In this document: in pieces, positions 10,201-19,501 of the stretch
Layout: the number at the start of each line of letters is the position of its first letter
How positions within the stretch are numbered: position 1 is the first letter of the stretch
Assembly: GCA_044868145.1 (NCBI GenBank)
Contig: JBIOWE010000004.1
Location: forward strand, 9,395 to 73,394
Direction: 5' to 3'
DNA: 64,000 nt
Origin: Patescibacteria group bacterium
Lineage (GTDB): Bacteria; Patescibacteriota; Patescibacteriia; UBA10025; JBIOWE01
Notes under the pieces: model-generated
What the model saw: only the letters and a program-made list of their open reading frames with translations
Database searches by the model: none
Told to the model about the DNA's origin: nothing
Translations under genes and position numbers: made by a program

Positions 10201-13200
10201 ATCGCCTGGCGTAATCCCAGGGTTCGTGTTGAACCGCCAGTTCTGTAGCAACTGGTTATAGATGCCGAGCGTTTCGCCAGACGCATCCTCATTATACGAA
10301 ATAAGATAGATATTATTATAAATACTTCCGCCAAAGATGTTCGACGCGGAAACGTACACTGTTCGCCCAGAGCGCACTGCCGGGTAGCCGTCTACCGTCA
10401 AGCTCGCAGGTGCGGGTGCAGCGGAGCCAAACTGTTTGTAATACCATTGTTCCGCGGACAGGTTGTCTTCATTTTCAAGAACACGGATCCCAATGGCGTC
10501 TGAGGAATCCGCCCGCAAGAAGAAAAACTCACGAATCAGTTCGTCGCGACCGTTTGCCGAATACGCGCCATTCTTCGCCAGCAGTGGCAGGGTCACTTCC
10601 GGAAGCACAGGATTGCCGTCGCGACAGTAATGAGTTGAGAAGTTGGTTGTCGCATCGTTGTATGGAAACGCCTGACTTGCTGGCGGGTATGGATTCGGCC
10701 ATGGGTTTTCGCACAAACTCACATTAATATCGTGGTTCACGGTTTTCGTACCAAGCGAACCCGCGTCCGCGGTTACCTGAATGACGCCGCGCCCGTTGTT
10801 TGGATTCGCAGTTACGGAAATGCTGGGGAAGGTGCCTGGACCCTCTATCTTAAACACATCCGATGGATCCAGGTTCGTGTTATCGTCAACCCACGTATAC
10901 TGCGCGGTTACCGCATTATTGAAGTTATCGACTGCCGATGCGGTCCAGTCGTGTTGGTTGCCGGCAGTAAGAGGTATCGTGTCGCCGACGCATGAGTCCG
11001 TAGCACAATTGTAGAAATCCGGCGGTTGGTACTGTCCTTGTGCAGCATTGACGACGTTCACAACGATTTTATCGAGCGAACAAAGGTTCGTGCCGCTCGT
11101 AAAGGAATACACACGGTCGATTCTGCTTGTATCAATCGCGCTGGTGGACGCGTCCCAAAGATAGACGCCATCTTTGTTGCGAATCCCCTGCTCACGCGTG
11201 TATTGGTTGCCGGCTGAACCACGCGCTCCTCCGCGTACGAGGACATTATATGGCGTGTTTGGAGCCAATGAGGATTTGGGGTTGATGACAAAACCGTCTG
11301 GCAAGGTCGCATAATTCGAGTCAACGGGTGCGCCACTATTTATTTTTAAGTCATAGATGCGTACATTCGAATCTCGTTGAGCGTCAACGAACCAGTCGTT
11401 ATCCCATTCGAGTCCGATCGTATTGGATACGCCACCTGTCAAAGTAACTTTCACAATACCAAGCTGCTGCGAGCTGGCATCCGTGCCAAGGTTCCAAATA
11501 TCCCCCACTTGCGTCTCCGCGCCTGGCCCTGGGCCATCGCTGTCGACCCATACTTTAAGATGATGATACACGCCGTATTTCGCAACGTCATTTGCACCTG
11601 CTTGCGACGTGCGGACGACGAGCGTGTAATCGCTGGCACCCGCGCCCACTGGCGAATAGCGATAGTTGACGCGTCCATTTGACGTTGTTTGAATCGCGGT
11701 TCCATTCGCAGTCCACGTGCCTGATACCGGCGTACCAATATTCCCGTTAATCGTTACGCCGGAACCGGCAGGATAGAGAATAGCGCTGTCCGCACCGACG
11801 CTTGATCCATCTATGGGTTCGTTAAGCCGAACGGTAATGGGCGTGTTCAAACAAGCATTCGAACTAATGGAGGTGAGAGACGGTCGCTGCTCGCAACAGA
11901 AATTATTGCCGGTGAAAAACGTACCCACGGTTGTTGGCGGGTCCGCGCATAATTGCTCACTGACATTCGCTTTGTCGCCACAGTACAAACCACGCACTCC
12001 TGGCGTGCCACCGGAACACACGCCAACGTCCGTAACACAGGTAAGGCCTTGGCCACTTTGCTGTCCACGTTCGCAGCAGAACCGACAGTCATTCCCAAAA
12101 GTGAAGCCTGGACTTTCGGGGGGCGGCGGAATCTTCGCCAGCGTATCGCCGGTATTACTGATACAGGACATGTCTGGCGGCGGGTTCGACGGGCCCACGT
12201 TGCAGTTCGGATTATCGGAAATTTGGCAAAGCGCGCCAACACCACCAGAACTACACAAGCCCGAGGCAACGCACTGGTTATTCTTGCAGCAGCCGGTGGC
12301 GCATTGCCCATTGTCTGAACAAGAAATGTTGAAGTCAAGCGAATTCGAAGGACAATTATTGACATACACCCGGAAAGGACCGGCTTGCGTTCCAACGGGC
12401 ACTTGTACTTTCGAAATCTGACTTAAGCCCCAGCTTCCCCCGCGAGCGATGACGTTATTATAGCTATCGTCACTGTTCGTCGAAAAGCGCGCAAAGGTGT
12501 TTGTCGTGTTCCCTCCATTGAGTAAATTAATACCCTCAGTAACGTTAACTAATGCAAGCGGTCGGCTAGCTGACGGCTGCAATCCTCCAGGGCACAAACC
12601 CGGCATTCCCGACGCGGGAACCGACACGCCAGGGATGCAGTCGCTGGTACCGCTAAAGGAAGTCGAATCACTGAAGAGCATGCTGTTCGTCCTTACCGTT
12701 ACTGCGTAGGCCTGGCCTGCGACAATGGTATTGGGCGCAGTCACCACGATTTGGCGATCGCTCCATGGATTCACACATGAGAATTGACCAGGGATTCCAC
12801 CAAATATCACCGTACCGTTCGGGCCCTGCGCCGGCTCAAAGTAGCAGCCTTTCACGGTCACGGTTGCTCCTTTTGGCCCGCTTATCGGATCAATGGAGTT
12901 AATCACCGGCTCGCATTTATCAAGCGTGATATTGCACACGCTGTTCGGACACTTGTTGCTTCCGTTCCCGTCCGGATCAGCGCAACGGCTCGGGTTAAAC
13001 GCACACGCGTCCGGATCAACTTTCAGGAACCCCCGAGCTTTCTTACCTTCCGCTTCGCCGTTGATATAGGTCGTACCCTGACTTACCGCCGTTGCAGTCG
13101 CTTTGGAATCATCCACTGCGTCTTCCGTCACCGTCGCGACCGCGGGCACGTCTGAACTCCAATTCCAATCGTAATCATTCGAAAGAATGGTGCAGTTTGG

Positions 13201-16104
13201 GCCAATCGGATTCCCTTGATACGCCTGGGTTACGCCAATGGCCACGAGCGTCGCGTTCGCGGGCATCACCACGACGCGATCAAGCGGACAGTCTGCGGTA
13301 TCGTTCTTTGTTTTAAAGTGCCAGCGATAATCAGCGTTCAGTCGTACTCCAGTTTCGCTCTTCACGTTGCTCGTGATGGTTACTTGATACGAGGTACTGG
13401 CCTGCAAATTGGACGTCGGCACAAACCTGAATCCCTCTTGGGTCGGGTTAACGGTGAAAACCGAAAGCACGCCAGCAACGTGGGTGGGATTGCTGATCGT
13501 GGAACAGCTATCGTCGTCGCATTGTTGCATGAACACGTTCGCATCAATAATTGTCGTATCGTTGATGCGCGTCGTGAACCTGCTTTGGATTTCAATATTC
13601 AAACACGCGTTTGTGCTGTCCTTGAATGGATTCGGACTGGCGTATGTGGCAAAGTCGCACGAGCCGCCAGGGCAATCGCTTTGCTGCGAGCAAGCGTTAC
13701 CGTTGTTTGCGCCGCCGAGACAAATGGCCGCGCAGTAAGAATCTTCCACAACCGACGGCACGCCGCCGCATGGAACGTCGAAGAACAAGGGGTTGCTCAC
13801 GCCGACGGAATTTTTCACGGCGACCTGATAATCGTTTGCGTTAGCAAGATCCGGAACCCTGATATTCACTTGCGTTGGTGTCCAGCCGGTAATTGCGGCA
13901 GTACGAGCGGGATTTGGCGGCAGCGTGAAGTACACAGAATCCTGCGTTGTCCCAAAATTCTCGCCAATCAGAGAGCGCGCATCGCCTCCTGCGCCGCACA
14001 TATTCGGTGTGATCTGACAAAGGCCGGGGCCGGCAGGCGCATTCACAAACTGAAAGTCAACGAGGTTGCTCCGCTCGCCGTTTGAACGTTCCAGTTGAAT
14101 CGCAACAAGGGAATTCAGAGCTACGCCAATCGTCGTCAGATCGGGCACACGGACAATCACTTGGCCATTGCTCCAACTCGCGCCAGCGCATGGGAACTCC
14201 GCGGCTAATGATTGCCCGGTGGTTTTATTACGGAAAAACACCGCGCCTTGAACGGTGCCGAATTGACCATTCGGATCGCTTCTCGCGCGTACGGTCACAA
14301 ACTGCCCAATACCGCCCTGGGGTTGACTGTTCAAACCAAGCGCTTGGCTGATTTGCGGGCTTGTAACATTAAAATCTTTGGTATTACTTTTATCCAGAGG
14401 GTTCGGCCCAATTTGGACCCGGACACCTCCATCTTTTGCTCCGGCAGACGGCAGCGTGTCATCAAACTTAACGGGGCCGGCCGGCACTTTCATGCGTATT
14501 TGATTCGTTGTCCAGCTCGACACGCAGTTCAAGGTGGGATACCGCTGGGCATTAAAGCAATTATTTCGGTCAATAACTTCGGCATTGAAATATGTATTGC
14601 CCGTGATGCCGAAATTGCTCCCATCAATCGTCACAATATCGTCGTATTTGCCGAGCGGCGTAATATTGGTAATTTCGGGTTTGCATTCAACGTTCGTGGT
14701 GTCCGTATCCGTGAAAAAATTCCACGGCTCTGCGGGGAACGTCGGGTTGCTCGCGCCAATAAAGTCGTCGGTCGGCGTTCCTTCACTGGTCGTGTCTTCG
14801 TCACCGTCGAGTTCATTGCCGCAAACATCCATAATGCCGGACGCACCGCTCTTCAGCGTGACGTTATATTCCGTGCCAGCGTCTAATGTGCTCGCCGGTC
14901 GCGTGGAAAATGAATATGGATCAGGATAATCAATGCCACCGAGTGTTACGCCTAACCCGGCTTTCGTGAGCAGGACGGAGGTATCGTTGATTGTGGAAAC
15001 GTCCATGGCGCTCGAGAATATCGATTGAATCGGCGTCATCAAACAGAGATTCGCGCTTCCGTCAACAGGACTAATGCTCGTGACTGTTGGTGGCGTGGAC
15101 AGAGTTGTTGAACCGGTATCGAAATGCCAAAGTTCATATTTGGTTGGACGCGGGCTTGCTCCGGCCTCTCGCACTCCTGTGGTAATTTCAACTTCAAAAT
15201 TTGTTCCTTCAAGAAAATTTGTGGCTGGTTTGAATTTCAAAATTTGCGGCGTTGCAACAGGTACCTGCCATGTGCCGGCGAGCTCGCTTCCCTGACACGT
15301 ACCGGCGTTACACGAAGCGGACGCGCAGTTCTTATCCTCGGTGCATGCAACGCCGTTGGCGCTTCCGCCGGTGACGCGGGCGTGCACATTACCAGGAACA
15401 GTGGCAGGGTTGATTGAGCCGTTGAATTTCGCTTGAATAATGCTGCAAAGAGGCACGTCTGTCTGGGCATCGGCCGGCCATTTCCAGGTGACGCGGAATG
15501 TGTCAGTACCCGGGATTGAACAGCCGGGCAGGCTTCCGTCGGGCGTCCAAAATCCGCCTGAACATCGTTGGCAATCAAAGGTTATGCCGTCAGGAGAGCA
15601 CGCCGAACCTCCTTGGGTGGCATTATTAATTGCTTGCATCACAAAAAGCACAATCGCCCAGGCAAGCAAAATAATCGCAAGCCCAATAACGGCTTGCGTA
15701 ATAATGCGTTTCGCTTTGCGAACGCGTTCCTCGTTACCGCCGGCGGTCAACCAAATGAACCCGCCATAGCCAATGATAATGAGCGCGATGAGCCCGAGAA
15801 GTCCGAGCACGTATTGAACGATCTTGATAACCGTAGAATAGAGGTCTGCCGTGCCAAGGCCAAACGTCGTGCCAAGATTGGTCGCAAGATTCACTTGCGC
15901 CAACACCGACGACGGAAACAATCCAATGGCACCAAGCACAAGAAAACTCACGACCAAGCCGGCGATGATGCCCAGCGCGAACGCTGGCGCAGCCTTTCGT
16001 CCAAAAACAAATCGCCGTCGCGGCTGAACGGCTCGACGATTCTCCTGATCATGAGATTGTGACGAAGCGACTGGTAACAATCGCTTGGGATCTCCTGCTG
16101 GCAT
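7204..16104 (-). CDS. Giant (2966 aa) cell-surface protein. N-terminal double-TM pilin-like (TrbC/VirB2-like) segment, Cys-rich modules, and at least 8 tandem roughly 90-aa Ig-like domains at the C-terminus.
   Basis: Single uninterrupted ORF of 8.9 kb. N-terminal hydrophobic pair LIALIIIGYGGFIWLTAGGNEE...IGLAIILLAWAIVLF. Repeated Ig-like units of the form VTxTAxAxDxxGV..V.F..DG.......G..W.W......NGxH.L.A.AxDxAGN. All plus-strand ORFs inside it lack an RBS and are antisense artefacts. Confidence 0.85.
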   Translation of the reverse strand: MPAGDPKRLLPVASSQSHDQENRRAVQPRRRFVFGRKAAPAFALGIIAGLVVSFLVLGAIGLFPSSVLAQVNLATNLGTTFGLGTADLYSTVIKIVQYVLGLLGLIALIIIGYGGFIWLTAGGNEERVRKAKRIITQAVIGLAIILLAWAIVLFVMQAINNATQGGSACSPDGITFDCQRCSGGFWTPDGSLPGCSIPGTDTFRVTWKWPADAQTDVPLCSIIQAKFNGSINPATVPGNVHARVTGGSANGVACTEDKNCASASCNAGTCQGSELAGTWQVPVATPQILKFKPATNFLEGTNFEVEITTGVREAGASPRPTKYELWHFDTGSTTLSTPPTVTSISPVDGSANLCLMTPIQSIFSSAMDVSTINDTSVLLTKAGLGVTLGGIDYPDPYSFSTRPASTLDAGTEYNVTLKSGASGIMDVCGNELDGDEDTTSEGTPTDDFIGASNPTFPAEPWNFFTDTDTTNVECKPEITNITPLGKYDDIVTIDGSNFGITGNTYFNAEVIDRNNCFNAQRYPTLNCVSSWTTNQIRMKVPAGPVKFDDTLPSAGAKDGGVRVQIGPNPLDKSNTKDFNVTSPQISQALGLNSQPQGGIGQFVTVRARSDPNGQFGTVQGAVFFRNKTTGQSLAAEFPCAGASWSNGQVIVRVPDLTTIGVALNSLVAIQLERSNGERSNLVDFQFVNAPAGPGLCQITPNMCGAGGDARSLIGENFGTTQDSVYFTLPPNPARTAAITGWTPTQVNIRVPDLANANDYQVAVKNSVGVSNPLFFDVPCGGVPSVVEDSYCAAICLGGANNGNACSQQSDCPGGSCDFATYASPNPFKDSTNACLNIEIQSRFTTRINDTTIIDANVFMQQCDDDSCSTISNPTHVAGVLSVFTVNPTQEGFRFVPTSNLQASTSYQVTITSNVKSETGVRLNADYRWHFKTKNDTADCPLDRVVVMPANATLVAIGVTQAYQGNPIGPNCTILSNDYDWNWSSDVPAVATVTEDAVDDSKATATAVSQGTTYINGEAEGKKARGFLKVDPDACAFNPSRCADPDGNGSNKCPNSVCNITLDKCEPVINSIDPISGPKGATVTVKGCYFEPAQGPNGTVIFGGIPGQFSCVNPWSDRQIVVTAPNTIVAGQAYAVTVRTNSMLFSDSTSFSGTSDCIPGVSVPASGMPGLCPGGLQPSASRPLALVNVTEGINLLNGGNTTNTFARFSTNSDDSYNNVIARGGSWGLSQISKVQVPVGTQAGPFRVYVNNCPSNSLDFNISCSDNGQCATGCCKNNQCVASGLCSSGGVGALCQISDNPNCNVGPSNPPPDMSCISNTGDTLAKIPPPPESPGFTFGNDCRFCCERGQQSGQGLTCVTDVGVCSGGTPGVRGLYCGDKANVSEQLCADPPTTVGTFFTGNNFCCEQRPSLTSISSNACLNTPITVRLNEPIDGSSVGADSAILYPAGSGVTINGNIGTPVSGTWTANGTAIQTTSNGRVNYRYSPVGAGASDYTLVVRTSQAGANDVAKYGVYHHLKVWVDSDGPGPGAETQVGDIWNLGTDASSQQLGIVKVTLTGGVSNTIGLEWDNDWFVDAQRDSNVRIYDLKINSGAPVDSNYATLPDGFVINPKSSLAPNTPYNVLVRGGARGSAGNQYTREQGIRNKDGVYLWDASTSAIDTSRIDRVYSFTSGTNLCSLDKIVVNVVNAAQGQYQPPDFYNCATDSCVGDTIPLTAGNQHDWTASAVDNFNNAVTAQYTWVDDNTNLDPSDVFKIEGPGTFPSISVTANPNNGRGVIQVTADAGSLGTKTVNHDINVSLCENPWPNPYPPASQAFPYNDATTNFSTHYCRDGNPVLPEVTLPLLAKNGAYSANGRDELIREFFFLRADSSDAIGIRVLENEDNLSAEQWYYKQFGSAAPAPASLTVDGYPAVRSGRTVYVSASNIFGGSIYNNIYLISYNEDASGETLGIYNQLLQNWRFNTNPGITPGDQLAIRRDAKRVQDLYDLYLALLVHKSKNGAFPTLGGGTYIAGLSTSRWPSWQETLGKTLGRSMASDPLNAFSSCPADFDQKACWREGDKNFQCSAGSHLYLYEARNNGDDANLYANLEYGGAQWRVGSYGSYNPCTSPSSCGCFNYTVGVVGSAADRSGPIISSVTFSGSSGTITVTASVTDAPSGVARVEFYLDGIRQSTDTDGSNGWTWQWNSRQFADGSHEVKILAYDTVGNQSVRIQSKNINNTNPDNSPPSVFITFPSDNEVVSGNVVKFEAYATDRNKVIILELQIDGVQFINCTNVNGVTNCSGNWNTTTFTNGVHELKAIAYDDYANIGQKIIHVTVSNPDVVPPSISIASPTNGANLTGNTTVTANAADNEAVVKVDFLLDGVIKNTDLNGADGWSWLFNTALVANGNHVLTARAYDTVNQTTSNPVNVTTQNAINDTTPPSNVQFIPPPRDGDTVSGTQTIGVTATDNNAVVSVKFLLGFQVEYEDNNAAGGWSWAWQTTSYANGWKTLRARAYDAAGNFTEISESLRVENIKDLIVPQAFIDAPADGATVYGSVAINTHATDDLGLSRMDITIVDINSINAAIVASFSCPPTPPFGPGTRFANCNVTWDTSGIPDGSYRITLSATDGGGNVGSDYVDVSVVNNLAVTFVTPTNGATLVGSVQLEVSVANTTNPTTVTFRDFITPIGSDAQTPPTTFKMTWNTLTTGNGNHSLVATARDNAGRTGGTLINVTVNNPVDSPPNITSFSINGGAQYTNSQNVTLNISATDDNGLVDMRFSNDGTTWSAWIAYAATASWTLPAGDGTKTVYAQVRDNASPQHISATATDTITLDTVAPAVDFTAVWYNAIALNGGIVGGGTNATWPSTSDSDVTIQATASDSGSGVSVVEFRQDGSLVWTISFGAPPYEYFWPTDFYGDGTYINQVRAYDRAGNFANSPNVQLTLRHCAFHYSPPYSSSTGCNLSTEYCCRTEGTNVCKANSVTCFIPPPT

Positions 16105-16135
16105 GGGTCAGGGTACGATCACGAAATAAACAAAT

Positions 16136-16588
16136 TTATGATGGCGGACTCGACAGAGCACGACGCACTACATCGCTTACCGTTCCGCCGTCGGCTTTGC
16201 CCTGGAGCTTTTTCATAACGCCTCCCATCACCTGTCCAAATGCGGCGCCTGCGCCAAGCTCCTCAATCACTTGCCTGGTCGCCTTCTCAATCTCTTGCAG
16301 AGGTATTTGAGCGGGCAAGTAGCGTAAAAGGATTGCATGCTCCCCTTGTTCTTTATCGGCAAGGTCTTGTCTACCACCTTTGACGTACGCATCAATGGCG
16401 TCCTTACGCCGCTTCACTTCCCGCCGAATTACTTTCACCGTTTCGTCATCGCTCAGCGCCTTTTTGCGCAAAGCGATTTCTTCATTATGCAAAGCGCTCT
16501 TCAACATGCGCAGCGTGGAAACAACGACGGCATCCTTCGCCTTGAGCGCGACTTTCAAATCAGTATCTATGGATGCAAGGATTGGCAT
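16136..16588 (-). CDS. yqeY: GatB/YqeY domain protein
   Basis: 150 aa with the typical YqeY pattern (KAKDAVVVSTLRMLKSAL ... LSDDE). Upstream of rpsU, as in many bacteria. Confidence 0.8.
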   Translation of the reverse strand: MPILASIDTDLKVALKAKDAVVVSTLRMLKSALHNEEIALRKKALSDDETVKVIRREVKRRKDAIDAYVKGGRQDLADKEQGEHAILLRYLPAQIPLQEIEKATRQVIEELGAGAAFGQVMGGVMKKLQGKADGGTVSDVVRRALSSPPS

Positions 16589-16594
16589 GGGCGC

Positions 16595-16888
16595 TTATCG
16601 GACTTGCTGGCGCGCCTTTAACAAACGCTTAACAACGCCTCGAGAACGCCTGCCCTTTTTTTGTTCGAGCACTTCCTCGAGTTTTCCAACTTTTTTCAAG
16701 TAGTCCTTGGTATCTTGAATGAGCTTTCGCCGTTTCGCGCCCTCGCGCACTTCACGCTTGCTCTTTGGTGGTTGGTAAAAACGCCCTCGTTTCGCTCGAA
16801 TCAACACCCCGCTGGTATGCACCTTCCTGGTAAAACGCCGAAGCATGCTCTCAACTGACTCGCCATCTTTTCTTCTCACTTCAACCAT
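16595..16888 (-). CDS. rpsU: 30S ribosomal protein S21, with a C-terminal basic extension
   Basis: MVEVRRKDGESVESMLRRFTRKV...GVL resembles the S21 N-terminus. Confidence 0.8.
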   Translation of the reverse strand: MVEVRRKDGESVESMLRRFTRKVHTSGVLIRAKRGRFYQPPKSKREVREGAKRRKLIQDTKDYLKKVGKLEEVLEQKKGRRSRGVVKRLLKARQQVR

Positions 16889-17041
16889 AAAGACTCACCT
16901 TCTTAAAAAATAATAGTACCGAAAAAAAATAACAGTCCTTACAAGAAAAATTCAACTAATAATATACCATTCCGACGTGGGTGTGTCAAATCGAGAAACA
17001 ACGAAAAAAATCGCCAGGAAACATTTGCATGGGTGAAAAGA

Positions 17042-17380
17042 TTAGAGAAGCTTGCGGAGCTTTTGACCGCCTAAGAGGTGAGCGTGCAGGTGTTGCACGA
17101 CTTGTCCGCCGTCTCGGCCTATGTTGATAACAATCTTATAACCAGAGCGCGCAATACCGCGATCGACCGCAAGCTGTTTCGCCACCAGCAGCAAGTGTCC
17201 CAAAAGCACTTCATCTTCTAAATGCGTATCGGTGAGTGCCGGAATATGCTTCTTAGGAATGATGAGGATATGGACGGGCGCCTTCGGCGCTATGTCATGA
17301 AACGCAATCACGTGGTGATCTTCATAGAGCAGGTCCGCCCTTGCGGTCTTGCGCACAATGTTACAAAAAATGCACGTCAT
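17042..17380 (-). CDS. hinT: HIT-family (histidine triad) nucleotide hydrolase
   Basis: HLHAHLL histidine triad and an N-terminal CIFC motif. 112 aa. Confidence 0.9.
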   Translation of the reverse strand: MTCIFCNIVRKTARADLLYEDHHVIAFHDIAPKAPVHILIIPKKHIPALTDTHLEDEVLLGHLLLVAKQLAVDRGIARSGYKIVINIGRDGGQVVQHLHAHLLGGQKLRKLL

Positions 17381-17433
17381 TTATTTAAAACCAAAGAGTA
17401 AAAATTAAAAAAATGTGGAAGCATTGGTTGTGG

Positions 17434-18813
17434 TCATTTTTGATCTTTGATATTTGCCGCGCCCGCCATCGGCTTCGCCGAAGGCGAAGGCGGGCGGGAT
17501 ATTTGATTTTCTCTATGGTTGTTCCCGTTGCGTTTCGCCAGACGCTTTTGAATCTCTTGCGCCACTTTTTGAAAATCAAAAATCTCTTGAATGCCGTTTT
17601 CCATATCACGAATAATGATTGTGTCGTCCATCATTTCTTTTTGACCGATGATCAACGTGTACGGTGCGCCAAGTTTTGTCGCGCGAGCCATTTGTGGCAC
17701 AAGTCCGTCTTTCGAAAGCAGTTCAGCCGCGCGAATGTGCATGCGACGCAACTGGTCCAGTAATTTCAAGGCTCGTTTCCGTGCGTTCTCGCCAAGTTGC
17801 GCAATAAAAACGTCAGGGGCGGCGTGGCGAGCGTGGCTCAAACGGTGGCCTGCGGCCTGCTGCACGAAACGCTCCATACTGCCGACGAACGCCGCAACGG
17901 GCATCGCCGTGAAGCCGAGCACTTCCGCAAGTTGATCATACCGCCCGCCCGAGCCAAGTTCAACATTATGGTCTTGTTCGAGGTGTATGCGAAACGCAGT
18001 GCGAGTCGTTGTAGCGGTTACCGGCAAGAAGCGAGGGTTCAAAAAGTATGGCACGTCTACGCTGTCAAGATACTCAAGCACTGAAACAAAGTGCTGATTA
18101 CATTCCTGGCATAAATGATCGACGATTTGCGGCGAGTCAACGAGCAGCATCTGACAATCATGCTGATCGCACGTGAACAACTTAAACGGATTCTTCTGTA
18201 AATCGCGCTTGCAATTTTCGCACAACGCATTCTTGCGCGGTTTGTAATATTCGGCGATTGCCTTCACGTACCCATCGCGGCACTCTTTATGGCCGACGCT
18301 GTTGATTTCAAGGGTGATCGGAATCTCTGCATCCGCATACAAATGCGATGCGAGCTGGATGAGCAGCGCGTCATTCACCGGATGCGCATCGCCAATAACC
18401 GTATAAAAGAATTCGTGTTGCTGCTTTACAGGAACCTTTTCGTCTCCCGACTTGAGAAAAGAGCAAAAAGAATATAATCGAGACGGGAGAACCCCGTTTT
18501 GAAGCCCGCGCTCATAAAACGCTCGCAGCGCCGGCGCAAGTCCTTCCGTTCGAACCACGGCGCGTTTTCCGTTCGGAAGCACAAGGAAAGCCGGCGGGAC
18601 GGCATCGCCCTCTTCAGCGCGAGAAATGACGCGAAGCACTCCTTCTTCTTCCAAGAGAGGGGTGTCAATTCGTTCGTAGCCATATTGTTGCGCAAAGTTC
18701 TCGATGCTATAGCGGACTGCTTCCCACAGCCCCTCGTCAGTCTGCAAAATATCTTTCATGCCCAAGAACAACTGCGGAGGTTTCGATTTTGCCTTGTCTG
18801 CTCCCTTTTGCAT
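17434..18813 (-). CDS. hisS: Histidyl-tRNA synthetase (class II aaRS)
   Basis: GGRYDQL motif, a GMKD(I) N-terminal motif, and a C-terminal anticodon-binding domain. 459 aa. Confidence 0.85.
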   Translation of the reverse strand: MQKGADKAKSKPPQLFLGMKDILQTDEGLWEAVRYSIENFAQQYGYERIDTPLLEEEGVLRVISRAEEGDAVPPAFLVLPNGKRAVVRTEGLAPALRAFYERGLQNGVLPSRLYSFCSFLKSGDEKVPVKQQHEFFYTVIGDAHPVNDALLIQLASHLYADAEIPITLEINSVGHKECRDGYVKAIAEYYKPRKNALCENCKRDLQKNPFKLFTCDQHDCQMLLVDSPQIVDHLCQECNQHFVSVLEYLDSVDVPYFLNPRFLPVTATTTRTAFRIHLEQDHNVELGSGGRYDQLAEVLGFTAMPVAAFVGSMERFVQQAAGHRLSHARHAAPDVFIAQLGENARKRALKLLDQLRRMHIRAAELLSKDGLVPQMARATKLGAPYTLIIGQKEMMDDTIIIRDMENGIQEIFDFQKVAQEIQKRLAKRNGNNHRENQISRPPSPSAKPMAGAANIKDQK

Positions 18814-18819
18814 AAGGTA

Positions 18820-19446
18820 TTACGTACCGCTCAGCGAATAGGATGGTTCTGTAAAATGTTTGAACTTGATGAACGGCCAAATCCGGAGCCAGGCGCGGCC
18901 GACCAGATATTTCCTTTGAACAGTTCCAAACGAGCGGGAATCAAGACTCGCGGTTCGATTATCGCCCATGACAAAAAATTCGTCTGAACCGACCGTCGTC
19001 GTCGAGTCGCCGTACGTTTCAAGGTTGGAAACAAGATACGATTCAGTCAGCGTAAAACCGTTGAGATTATTCGCATCGTAGATAATCACTGATCCATCTT
19101 GAACCTCGACGCGCTCGCCTGGCAATCCAATGATTCGTTTAATAAAAAACTGTGACGGATCGCGCGGGTACCTCAATACCACGATATCACCACGACCGGG
19201 GTCACTGAATCGATATGTGATCTCATCAATCAATAAATATTCATGATCATGGAAGGTAGGTTCCATAGAAGCACCCTTAACGTAGAACGGTTGCACGAGA
19301 AAATACCGCACCGGCACAATAATTGCGAGCGCGATGAGAACAATTTTCCCCAGCTCAATGAGAAAACTGCCGAAGGAGCTCGTGTCTTTTGCTCTGTTGG
19401 TTGTTTTTGTTTCTTTGTTTCGTTCCGGAGAAATGAACGTTGCCAT
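18820..19446 (-). CDS. lepB: Signal peptidase I
   Basis: GASMEPT catalytic Ser box and GDNRTASLDSR box E. 208 aa. Confidence 0.9.
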   Translation of the reverse strand: MATFISPERNKETKTTNRAKDTSSFGSFLIELGKIVLIALAIIVPVRYFLVQPFYVKGASMEPTFHDHEYLLIDEITYRFSDPGRGDIVVLRYPRDPSQFFIKRIIGLPGERVEVQDGSVIIYDANNLNGFTLTESYLVSNLETYGDSTTTVGSDEFFVMGDNRTASLDSRSFGTVQRKYLVGRAWLRIWPFIKFKHFTEPSYSLSGT

Positions 19447-19501
19447 AATGATATTGAGTATGACCGTGGATGAGGCGCCGCATGACTGGACTTTGCGGAA
19501 A

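Noticed and set aside
7458-15769. Many plus-strand ORFs inside the giant gene, for example 13216..14085 (289 aa), 14212..14886 (224 aa) and 11813..12421 (202 aa)
   Set aside because: They are antisense to an uninterrupted 8.9-kb ORF with clear domain repeats. They have Arg/Cys-rich composition typical of GC-biased antisense frames and no RBS.
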